A DNA stretch of 64,000 nucleotides from an uncultured virus (IMG/VR IMGVR_UViG_3300031952_000012) (lineage: Duplodnaviria > Heunggongvirae > Uroviricota > Caudoviricetes): IMG/VR virus record IMGVR_UViG_3300031952_000012. One strand, written 5' to 3'. The notes beneath the pieces are model-generated. The model worked only from the letters and a program-made list of their open reading frames with translations. It was not told the DNA's origin and did no database searches. Both the position numbers and the translations under genes were made by a program. This document shows positions 7,117 to 14,887 of the stretch, piece by piece (the stretch's first letter is position 1; the number at the start of each line of letters is the position of its first letter).

Positions 7117-8241
7117 CTACACTTTCTCATTCCAAAGTGACCACGCAAGTTTTGAATCCATCTTTGATCCTACATATTCAAATCCAACCGTTTGTCTGAC
7201 AAGATCCGCCGTCCAATCCTGCCCAACTTTCGTCGACCCCGATCTCTGCAAAGAGCAAGGCCCAATGATGGTTGTCTTCCAATTCTTGCTTCTTCTTCTT
7301 GAGACAATCATTCCCGGTGCAGAAGTTCTAGAATAATAACGCCCTTCAAGGCCGCGTATCAGCGAACCAATTGCATCGCTCATTGCGTTGCCTATACCAA
7401 CGCCCTGAAAATCAGGAAGACAAACAGTACGATGCTCTCGCCAACTGTTTTTCAATGTCGCGTGCGGCAAATAAATCACAGCCGTAAATGCAACAGGACT
7501 ATTATTCCAAACCGCAACAAAGCACCTCGAAGATCTCGTCAACGTACGACTCAAATAATGATGCGATGCGAATATTTCCCACGCTTCACGAGAGACTCGC
7601 TTAATGTCAAGACTGATTGCTGGTCTTCGTTGAAGATCCCTCCAGTAAAACTTCCCTATATGCGGCTCAAATGCCCAATCTGGTTGAAGCCAATCGATCA
7701 CGTCGTAATGGCATGTAGCCGCGATGAACTGTTGATTTCTCTTTCGCACGGTTCGGGCAATGGCGGCGCTGCCAATCTGTGCGACAGTGCGATCAACAAC
7801 GGACGTGAACTCATCGACGACTGTCAACTGTTTATTTTCTGAAAGAGCTCTTGCAATATTAACTCTGAATTGCTCTCCGTTTGACAGCACGTGAAAAGGT
7901 TTCAGCCATGAAGGCGGTGAAGAAAAACCGACTGAAGATAAAAGCTCAATGACATCTTTAATCGACTCACTATCAAAACAATCAACAATCGCTTTGTTTT
8001 TGTCCCATTCAAACGGCTTCATCAACGCATCAGCGAATAACTCACGGGCAATGGTCGTCTTGCCTGCGCCACTTGGGCCCACTATTAAACCAACATTCCA
8101 AGTTCGTTCGTCGAGTGGAAGATCAACATCCCATTCTGAAGAAACATTTTCGCTCGGAGGAACATCAAATATGCCACGCAATTGCAAAACTTTTGAAGTA
8201 ACAACAATCGGAGAACTGACTACAATATGAGCGCGCGGCAT
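7117..8241 (-). CDS. ABC-type ATPase fused to GNAT/Mom-like acetyltransferase
   Basis: Walker A GPSGAGKT, signature LSNGE, Walker B VVDE; C-terminal HHYL and acetyl-CoA motif PDFQGVGIG; no TM segments. Confidence 0.85.
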   Translation of the reverse strand: MPRAHIVVSSPIVVTSKVLQLRGIFDVPPSENVSSEWDVDLPLDERTWNVGLIVGPSGAGKTTIARELFADALMKPFEWDKNKAIVDCFDSESIKDVIELLSSVGFSSPPSWLKPFHVLSNGEQFRVNIARALSENKQLTVVDEFTSVVDRTVAQIGSAAIARTVRKRNQQFIAATCHYDVIDWLQPDWAFEPHIGKFYWRDLQRRPAISLDIKRVSREAWEIFASHHYLSRTLTRSSRCFVAVWNNSPVAFTAVIYLPHATLKNSWREHRTVCLPDFQGVGIGNAMSDAIGSLIRGLEGRYYSRTSAPGMIVSRRRSKNWKTTIIGPCSLQRSGSTKVGQDWTADLVRQTVGFEYVGSKMDSKLAWSLWNEKV

Positions 8242-8828
8242 TTCAAACCCCTTGAGATAAACTCATTCAAATATTTTTCTTGTTCCGGCTCATCAGAGCA
8301 ATCAATAACAATTTGCCAAACAGAATTCAAAATAGGCTCTGACATTCCTTCAAACGAATTTTGACGCTCTATTTCGCTCAAGAGGTGAGTGACTTCACTC
8401 GACGTGTAGCCAACGCCACTCAACAAATCTTCGCTTTGCAAACCAATCATCATCGAAGCAAGTTCTTTTTCATCCCAGCCACCGAGCTCAACCAATCGAT
8501 TGCTTGCAATCAAATACGCTTCAGCCTCTTTGTCATTCTTACTCCACCAGCCACGAATAACCGGGATGATCCAATCGCCATTTTCATTGACGACAACACC
8601 AGCGGGTGGCGGTCCTCCTGATGATTTCAATTTTAACAGCGCGGCTTTTCGCCCGTGCCCCGCTACAATTCGATTCGTTCGCTCATCTAAAACAATCGGC
8701 TCAACATAACCAAAACGACCGATGCTGTTTTCAATTTGATCGCTGTGCAATTTTGGATTTTTAAGAGCGTCTTGCAACGCATCAATGGGCAAGCCTTCTA
8801 TTCGCAAACTCATTTTATCCCCCATCAA
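8220..8828 (-). CDS. ParB/Srx N-terminal domain protein
   Basis: NPKLH...SIGRFGYVEPIVLD...IVAGHGR. Confidence 0.85.
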   Translation of the reverse strand: MMGDKMSLRIEGLPIDALQDALKNPKLHSDQIENSIGRFGYVEPIVLDERTNRIVAGHGRKAALLKLKSSGGPPPAGVVVNENGDWIIPVIRGWWSKNDKEAEAYLIASNRLVELGGWDEKELASMMIGLQSEDLLSGVGYTSSEVTHLLSEIERQNSFEGMSEPILNSVWQIVIDCSDEPEQEKYLNEFISRGLKCRALIL

Positions 8829-10495
8829 CTCATTAGTTTTCCGTCTTCGATTTTTAAATGTAACGCTGGATCAAGCAAGTCTTTTAAATCTTCGTCATGC
8901 GAAATCACCACGACCGCGCGACGATTGGCGAGTTCTCGAACAGCCTCAACCACCCTCGGAACGCCGACCGAATCGAGACCGTCGAAGCACTCGTCGACGA
9001 ACAGCGTTCCCGCCATTGTTCCGTGCGCCGCACTCGAGATCTCAGAGAGAGCAAAGAGCAACGCCACATCGATTCGACGCCGCTCCCCCGCGCTCGCCGC
9101 CTTGTAACCATACCCGCCGCCGGCGCCCTCGATCTCGAGGCTGATTGAGTCGGTCACGCCGCCCGATTTCTTTTCCTGGTAGGGCGACAAACGCAAGCGC
9201 AACCCCTCGCCGGCGATACGCTGAAGCCAGGTATTAGACATTTCCGAGATGGCGTTCAGCGTCGCCCCGAGCACATGCGCGCGAACGCCTTTTGTGCCGA
9301 GCACCTTTTCCGTAACGCCGAGCTCTTTGAAATCAACTGTCACAGCCTGTAAAATATCAGCCCATTTTTTCTCGAACTCGATTGCCGCCTTCTCGTCTAT
9401 TGCCGCTTTCTCTTTGCGCTCCAATGCGCCCGCTCTCTGTGAGTCGTATCGAACTTTTTCTTCTGTGAGAGATTTCGCTTTCGAGATTCGTTCTCTGATT
9501 TCCTGTAGCGCTTCTTTGATGTCCTTCGCCTCTGACTCGAACTCGTGCCGCTGCTCTTCGTTCTCGATGACGCTGGCGGCGGTTGCGGCCTTCGCTTTCT
9601 GTACTTCAATCCGTTTTGATTCGACCTCTGCTTGAGCCTTCGCCCGAGATTGGGGCGGTATCTTTTGATCGCACGTCGGGCAAACGGTGGTGTTGAGGTG
9701 CACGTCAAAACATTTCATGGTGCTCTTGAGCTCGAGCTCGGCGAGCGCCACGTTCTCATCAATCTCTTTCCGCGCCGCTCTCAATTTTGATATCAACTCG
9801 GCATTGACTCGCTCTGCCTGTGTGAGTCGAATGAGCCGCGCGTTTAACTCTGTCAGATCTTCAATCTCGAATGTCTTCTCAAACGACTTCAACACGTCCT
9901 CTGAGAGAGCCAATAATTTTTGAGCAGACTCTTTTCTTGCCGTTCCCATCACGAGACCGTTCTCTGCTTTGTGGATTGAGACCTCTGTGTTTCTCAAATC
10001 TCCTCGACACTCCTCGAGAGCCGCGTCAAACTTTTCTATTCCGATGAACGCTTCTAGCAATCGCTTCCGCTCGGAGTCGGTCGACTGCGTGAAGCACGCG
10101 ATATCGGTGGCGCTCAAGACATGCGTTCTCTGCCAAACCCAATAAGAGCCTATCTCTGATTCGAGCGCTTCTTGTGCCTTGGTCGTTGAGGCGAAGTTGA
10201 TCTCTTTAGCGTTTTCACTGCGTGTGTCATACCAAAGCAAGTTTATCTTTGCGCCAAGCTTCCCACGAATTGCGGCCACAGTATTGGTGAATACCTTGAC
10301 TTCGCCGTCCTCGGGGGTCCATGGCGTTGTGCCTCGAAGAGTCTTCCCCCAAAGCCCGACCGACACCGCCTCGACGAGACTCGACTTGCCCGAGCCATTC
10401 GGACCCGTAACGAGAACGATTCCTTTCTCTGGCAGTGTGACTTCACTCTCTCTGTGCTTCATGAAATTCTTGAGCACTACTTTTTGAATCTGCAT
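8825..10495 (-). CDS. sbcC: SbcC/Rad50-like (gp46-like) recombination ATPase
   Basis: GPNGSGKSS, coiled coil with CPTC zinc hook, SAGE signature, FVDE. Confidence 0.92.
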   Translation of the reverse strand: MQIQKVVLKNFMKHRESEVTLPEKGIVLVTGPNGSGKSSLVEAVSVGLWGKTLRGTTPWTPEDGEVKVFTNTVAAIRGKLGAKINLLWYDTRSENAKEINFASTTKAQEALESEIGSYWVWQRTHVLSATDIACFTQSTDSERKRLLEAFIGIEKFDAALEECRGDLRNTEVSIHKAENGLVMGTARKESAQKLLALSEDVLKSFEKTFEIEDLTELNARLIRLTQAERVNAELISKLRAARKEIDENVALAELELKSTMKCFDVHLNTTVCPTCDQKIPPQSRAKAQAEVESKRIEVQKAKAATAASVIENEEQRHEFESEAKDIKEALQEIRERISKAKSLTEEKVRYDSQRAGALERKEKAAIDEKAAIEFEKKWADILQAVTVDFKELGVTEKVLGTKGVRAHVLGATLNAISEMSNTWLQRIAGEGLRLRLSPYQEKKSGGVTDSISLEIEGAGGGYGYKAASAGERRRIDVALLFALSEISSAAHGTMAGTLFVDECFDGLDSVGVPRVVEAVRELANRRAVVVISHDEDLKDLLDPALHLKIEDGKLMS

Positions 10496-10676
10496 TGTCG
10501 ATCCTTAACCAGGTACCACAAGGTTGAAGCCATACAACTTTTTCCGATTGCACTAATCGCTTTTGCGATTCGTCTATCTCAAAACACGCTTCCACTCGAT
10601 GCCGTTCTCCCACGATATTCTGAAGGCAAACAGCAACGAGCCCGCACTTGTTACATTTCACAAAATGAAAAGGCAT
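10443..10676 (-). CDS. Small hypothetical protein
   Basis: 77 aa between sbcD and sbcC; CxxC; AGGA upstream. Confidence 0.5.
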   Translation of the reverse strand: MPFHFVKCNKCGLVAVCLQNIVGERHRVEACFEIDESQKRLVQSEKVVWLQPCGTWLRIDNADSKSSAQEFHEAQRE

Positions 10677-10683
10677 TTCATCC

Positions 10684-11829
10684 TCACAACCTCAAATATT
10701 TTTTCGAGAGAGCGAGCACCTTATCGCGATTCACTCCCTCCTCTATCGGCATATTTTTCACAAATGCCGCGAGAGACTCCGCCAATCCAGTTTCACAACG
10801 AGCCAAAGTCGCAGCGGTGCGAGCCTGAATCTTATTCGTTTGATCATCGGGAAGCACCTCATAGCCAAGAATCGCCTTCTCTTCTTTCTGTTTGCCGAGC
10901 CACTCTGATGCTGCCTGCATTCCGACCTCATCTGTGCTTCTCATGCGCGCGAAAACAAAATTCCCTTCCTCACTCAACCCGCGAAAGCGTTTCAATTCCG
11001 AGGCGTCGGGTTTCTCGCATGAAATAAATCTCGGACCTGCTATCTCAATGGTCTCTGTTTTTAGCTGCTTGTTTTTTATTCCTTCAACGATTGTCACTTT
11101 CCCAACCGCATCGTCGAACGCATCTCGCCAATCGGTCGGGCAGAGACAGCCCAATTGCACAATGTGAATTCCATTGAACGGTTGCCACTCGACGTGCCGA
11201 TGCCAATGCCCCGCCATCACCGCGTCAATTTGATACTCTTTACAGAGCGTCAAGAGGCGCTCGATTGATATCGAATCGGTTCCCGCCTGCCCCCATGCTG
11301 GCGTAGCAGAATCCCAGATCCCTAAATGACAGCCTAAAATTCTAAACGACTTTTCCTTAGCCGCACCGCTAGTGAATAATCCCGCCAAAGATGCCTCGAA
11401 AGAAGCCGCAGATCTGAAGGGGATATGCCACACATCGCAGCCGGCCATCCGAGTACTAGAACACGTGGTGACAATGCGAACGTTTTTCACAAATGCCAAC
11501 GGACCAAGAGCGTGATTGCCTGTATCGAGAACAACCTGCTCATGATTGCCGAGCAAGATATTTATTGTGAGGTTTTTGTATGACTCTAGAATTCGCATGA
11601 CGTGCGCAAGGACAGGCGGCTCGGGGCGTGCGCCATCGAACAAATCCCCCTCGATAAAAACCTCTGAGCACCGCGCGTCATCGGCGGCCTTCAAGGCACG
11701 CTCTAAAACACCGCAGGCAACCGCACAGCGGACGTTGATTCCCGAGACTCCGGCGTCCTTGAAAAAGGGAATATCGTTTAGAGTTTTGTGATTGGCGATA
11801 TGCACATCCGAGAAGAAAGCAATCTTCAT
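10684..11829 (-). CDS. sbcD: SbcD/Mre11-like metallophosphoesterase nuclease
   Basis: DVH, GDLFD, GNHE and GHWH motifs; next to sbcC. Confidence 0.92.
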   Translation of the reverse strand: MKIAFFSDVHIANHKTLNDIPFFKDAGVSGINVRCAVACGVLERALKAADDARCSEVFIEGDLFDGARPEPPVLAHVMRILESYKNLTINILLGNHEQVVLDTGNHALGPLAFVKNVRIVTTCSSTRMAGCDVWHIPFRSAASFEASLAGLFTSGAAKEKSFRILGCHLGIWDSATPAWGQAGTDSISIERLLTLCKEYQIDAVMAGHWHRHVEWQPFNGIHIVQLGCLCPTDWRDAFDDAVGKVTIVEGIKNKQLKTETIEIAGPRFISCEKPDASELKRFRGLSEEGNFVFARMRSTDEVGMQAASEWLGKQKEEKAILGYEVLPDDQTNKIQARTAATLARCETGLAESLAAFVKNMPIEEGVNRDKVLALSKKYLRL

Positions 11830-12869
11830 TCTGTAACCTCCGCCAAATCCTTCTCTTCATTCTCAGACTCTTCCGTATCGATTGCCGGTTCACTCTCTGC
11901 ACGACACCAACCGCAAGCGTCGAGTTTTATTTTTGCTTCTTCGGCAAAAGGCTTCAACGCTTCGCCTCTCAATCCTCGAACGGCCGCCGGCTTCACGAGC
12001 CCCAATAACTTTGCTCTCTCGAGTGTCGACCAAGCGTTATCCCAACCAGTCGCGAAGTTCAGACGTACTACCGCTTTTCGATAGGGTGACGCCATTCGAT
12101 TCTTGGTTGCCAAGAAAGTGATAAATTTTGCGATTTTCTCTTCATGTTTATTCTCGACGTGCTTACCTGGGTAAAGCTGAAGTCGAATCGATGCCGCAAA
12201 CTTCACGGCTTTACCGCCCGGTGTCGTCGATGAGTCGCCAAACATAACGCCGATTTTCTGCCGAGTCTGATTAACAAATAGTAAACTACACTTCTTCTCG
12301 ATGGCGAGCTTCGATAAAACTCTGCATGCCTGACTCAATATTTTCGCTCTGCTGTCCCAAATAGCTTTGCCCTGTAGTCCCTTCAAAACCTCAGCTTTGG
12401 TAGCGCATGAGGCAATGCTATCCCAAACCCCGAGCGTGGGCACATTGCCCGGTAGCTGCTCAAGTGTGAACGCCATTTTTTCAATCGCGTCTTCCATGTG
12501 GTCGGGCTCAAGCAGAATCACACGTTTCAAATCAACGCCGAAAACACTCGCGCGTTCGAGATTCAAAGCGTTCTCTGTCTCGCATAAAAAAACAATTGCG
12601 TTCTGTTCGAGAGCGCCCTTGATGCAACTCCAAGTGAAACTCGTTTTCCCACCTGCCTCTTCGCTGTAGAGCTCGACGATGCGCCCGACAGGCAAGCCTT
12701 TGCACCCGAGCACGTATTGATCAATCACATCGATTCCCGTCGAGAGAACCTCGACAACATCACTCTGACCGCCCTCGCCCAACACGCCCGCGCTATCACT
12801 GCCAAACTGTTTTCTAATTGCGGCGATGATCATTTTCTGTAAGTCTTCCATCTTCTTTTTCTTCGCCAT
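11826..12869 (-). CDS. recA: RecA/UvsX-like recombinase
   Basis: GLPVGRIVELY, Walker A EEAGGKT, FVNQTRQKIG, TPGGKAVKFAASIR; start MAKKK after GGAG. Confidence 0.95.
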   Translation of the reverse strand: MAKKKKMEDLQKMIIAAIRKQFGSDSAGVLGEGGQSDVVEVLSTGIDVIDQYVLGCKGLPVGRIVELYSEEAGGKTSFTWSCIKGALEQNAIVFLCETENALNLERASVFGVDLKRVILLEPDHMEDAIEKMAFTLEQLPGNVPTLGVWDSIASCATKAEVLKGLQGKAIWDSRAKILSQACRVLSKLAIEKKCSLLFVNQTRQKIGVMFGDSSTTPGGKAVKFAASIRLQLYPGKHVENKHEEKIAKFITFLATKNRMASPYRKAVVRLNFATGWDNAWSTLERAKLLGLVKPAAVRGLRGEALKPFAEEAKIKLDACGWCRAESEPAIDTEESENEEKDLAEVTE

Positions 12870-12966
12870 TTTTTCTCCGTTGCGAGATAAACCTCTTTTC
12901 ACATTCTGTATGGGAAAAGAGGAGAGCGCCCAGGCCATCCGAGCTTAAGCGCTCTTTTTCTAAAAT

Positions 12967-13065
12967 TGGCTGGGGGTTGGAATTGCACCAACACGGAGTC
13001 ATCGGCCCAACTTGATGACTTGCCCCGTCTATGGCTCGGGCTCTGGTGCGCGAGCATCTCCCAGC
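12967..13065 (-). ncRNA. tRNA-like structured RNA (non-canonical)
   Basis: Acceptor-like GCTGGG/CCCAGC, T-arm GTTGG-TGCAATT-CCAAC, 7-bp extra stem AGTCATC/GATGACT; lies in a 277-nt gap. Confidence 0.55.
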
Positions 13066-13146
13066 GGTTCGGCACGACTAGCACTATGAGTATTCGATAG
13101 AACGATATGGGGGAAAGCGCTATCGAGCTCAGAGTTCTATTCGCGC

Positions 13147-13929
13147 CTACAGCGGAATGTCTTCCTCATAATCGGCATCGGCAATGTCCTCTTGGATATT
13201 TCTCGACCGAGGTTTCGCCTTCAACGCGTGCGCTTCTTTTTCTGTGCGACGCATGGGCGCTTTAGATTCCTTTGCCTCGAAGCCTCCACTCTCAACCTCG
13301 GCAACGAGGTCTTCGATCTCATCAATCGTTTTGGTGAGGATGAACTCGTCGAGGTCAACCTGCGTATCAATCCACGTCATGTCGCCAAGCGGCGTTCGAT
13401 TTCGCGCGGGGAGAATTGTGTACTTGGTATCATTGCGAGTCATGCCCTTGCGTTTCACAATCAGATCGAAACCGTCCACGGGGTCCGTGAAATCGCCGCC
13501 GCTCTCGGGGTCGTTCCGAATCGATATCATGCTCGAGAAAATGTTCTTCCCGAAATTCCAAACTCGTGGCCCCTTCTCGGGATCGCCTCGGTCAATCGCA
13601 TTTGTGTAGGCGCTCTGTCGAGGTGCGAAAGTCTCCCTCGCAAACTCTCGCTCTTCATCGCTTCTGCTTTTCCGAAGCACTTCCCATTGCGCGCATGCCG
13701 GACAAACTGCCGCACCGGGGCACACAAAAACGATGACTTTATCGCCCACCACAATGCGATGCTGGTTCACGAGTTTAATCGGAGTTTTTTTCCCCGCTTT
13801 AGGAGGAAGAACTCGCACCACTGTTCGCCCCTCTGGGATCTTAAAAAAGGTTGAACCGGAATCGAATTCCTTCAATTGTTTTTCGGCTTCTGTCGCGTCA
13901 AAACTTCCGTATTTTACGATGTTCGGCAT
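13147..13929 (-). CDS. Single-stranded DNA-binding protein (gp32-like)
   Basis: FFKIPEG..VVRVLP, H/C Zn ligands, DFTDP.DG.D, TKYTI, acidic DIPL tail. Confidence 0.85.
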   Translation of the reverse strand: MPNIVKYGSFDATEAEKQLKEFDSGSTFFKIPEGRTVVRVLPPKAGKKTPIKLVNQHRIVVGDKVIVFVCPGAAVCPACAQWEVLRKSRSDEEREFARETFAPRQSAYTNAIDRGDPEKGPRVWNFGKNIFSSMISIRNDPESGGDFTDPVDGFDLIVKRKGMTRNDTKYTILPARNRTPLGDMTWIDTQVDLDEFILTKTIDEIEDLVAEVESGGFEAKESKAPMRRTEKEAHALKAKPRSRNIQEDIADADYEEDIPL

Positions 13930-13977
13930 TGTGTTTTCCCCTCGAGATTAGGTTTACTATTCGTGAATCGTTTACGC

Positions 13978-14382
13978 TCAGTGTAATTTTGCGGAACGTA
14001 TCTGGTCAATGCACTTTTTCATATCTCCTTTCAGATCAACCTTCTCTTCTCGAACCTCTATATCTTTGAGCGCCACTGAAATATCGCTCGCTATTTTTTT
14101 GACGCAATCTTCGAGCGTGCTGCCCGGCATGTCGTGCTCCAAAGTCACAAAATAGCGAAGCGTAAAATTCAGAGCAGAAAATAACAAAACTTGCGCTTGC
14201 GGCGTACCGACTTTTATTCTCGGGTCGCCTTGGTCTTTGCCGATGTAAAGTTCTGACGCCGCGCCTTTCGGAATGCTATAGGCGAAATCGCCAGCGGATT
14301 TAAACAGCATCACTATCGACGTCATCAAATCGCGCGAATCCTGCATCTCATCAGGAGAAGACATTTTAACCTCGCTCGACAT
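13978..14382 (-). CDS. Hypothetical protein
   Basis: 134 aa, in operon. Confidence 0.65.
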   Translation of the reverse strand: MSSEVKMSSPDEMQDSRDLMTSIVMLFKSAGDFAYSIPKGAASELYIGKDQGDPRIKVGTPQAQVLLFSALNFTLRYFVTLEHDMPGSTLEDCVKKIASDISVALKDIEVREEKVDLKGDMKKCIDQIRSAKLH

Positions 14383-14830
14383 CTGAATCGTGCTGATTTC
14401 TCATATGCGTTTTCAGCATCGGGTCGCCCGCCATCTCTTCTCGAAGGTGCGCCCCCAGTGAAACGAGCATGTCCTTTTTGTCTCTCAGGCTCTCGAGAAT
14501 TCCAATGAGCTTGACTCGCTCGCAGTCTGCCTCGACCAATTCAAGGCGCAGTTTGATCCAATCTTGAGACTGCCCCTTCATTGTCGACTCGATCAATGCC
14601 TCGGTGACCCGGCCTTTTAACTCGGCTGTCTCAAGCATTGTTCTTGTCTCGAGACTCAAGCGTTTCTCGAACCACTCAAACTCGACTTTCTTAATCCAAT
14701 ACGCTCGATAAACTTTTCGATACTCCTCATTCCAAAAGGCAACATCCGACGCCATTCGACAAAACTCTGCCTGAATGGCAACCGGCGAAAGCTCCAAACA
14801 CTCCTTCAAGTAATCCGCTTCGAGATTCAC
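14366..14830 (-). CDS. UvsY-like helical recombination mediator
   Basis: All-helical; VTEALI..., KKDMLVSLGAHLREE; located with ssb and recA. Confidence 0.6.
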   Translation of the reverse strand: MNLEADYLKECLELSPVAIQAEFCRMASDVAFWNEEYRKVYRAYWIKKVEFEWFEKRLSLETRTMLETAELKGRVTEALIESTMKGQSQDWIKLRLELVEADCERVKLIGILESLRDKKDMLVSLGAHLREEMAGDPMLKTHMRNQHDSDVERG

Positions 14831-14846
14831 GTGACCCCCTTTTCTA

Positions 14847-14887
14847 TATACTTGTCCGGTCGATGATTTTTTTTACCAACTATTTTT
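14847..14887 (-). promoter_or_regulatory. Conserved 41-bp motif, copy 1 (candidate phage middle promoter)
   Basis: Near-identical to 20959-20999; upstream of the uvsY-ssb-recA operon. Confidence 0.65.

Noticed and set aside
7117..8241. ABC transporter
   Set aside because: No permease gene or TM segments; the ATPase is fused to a GNAT
12967..13065. Functional tRNA-Met/Ile(CAT) or tRNA-Sec
   Set aside because: No D-loop GG, U8 or U33, mismatched pairs in the acceptor and anticodon stems, and no UCA anticodon; kept only as tRNA-like
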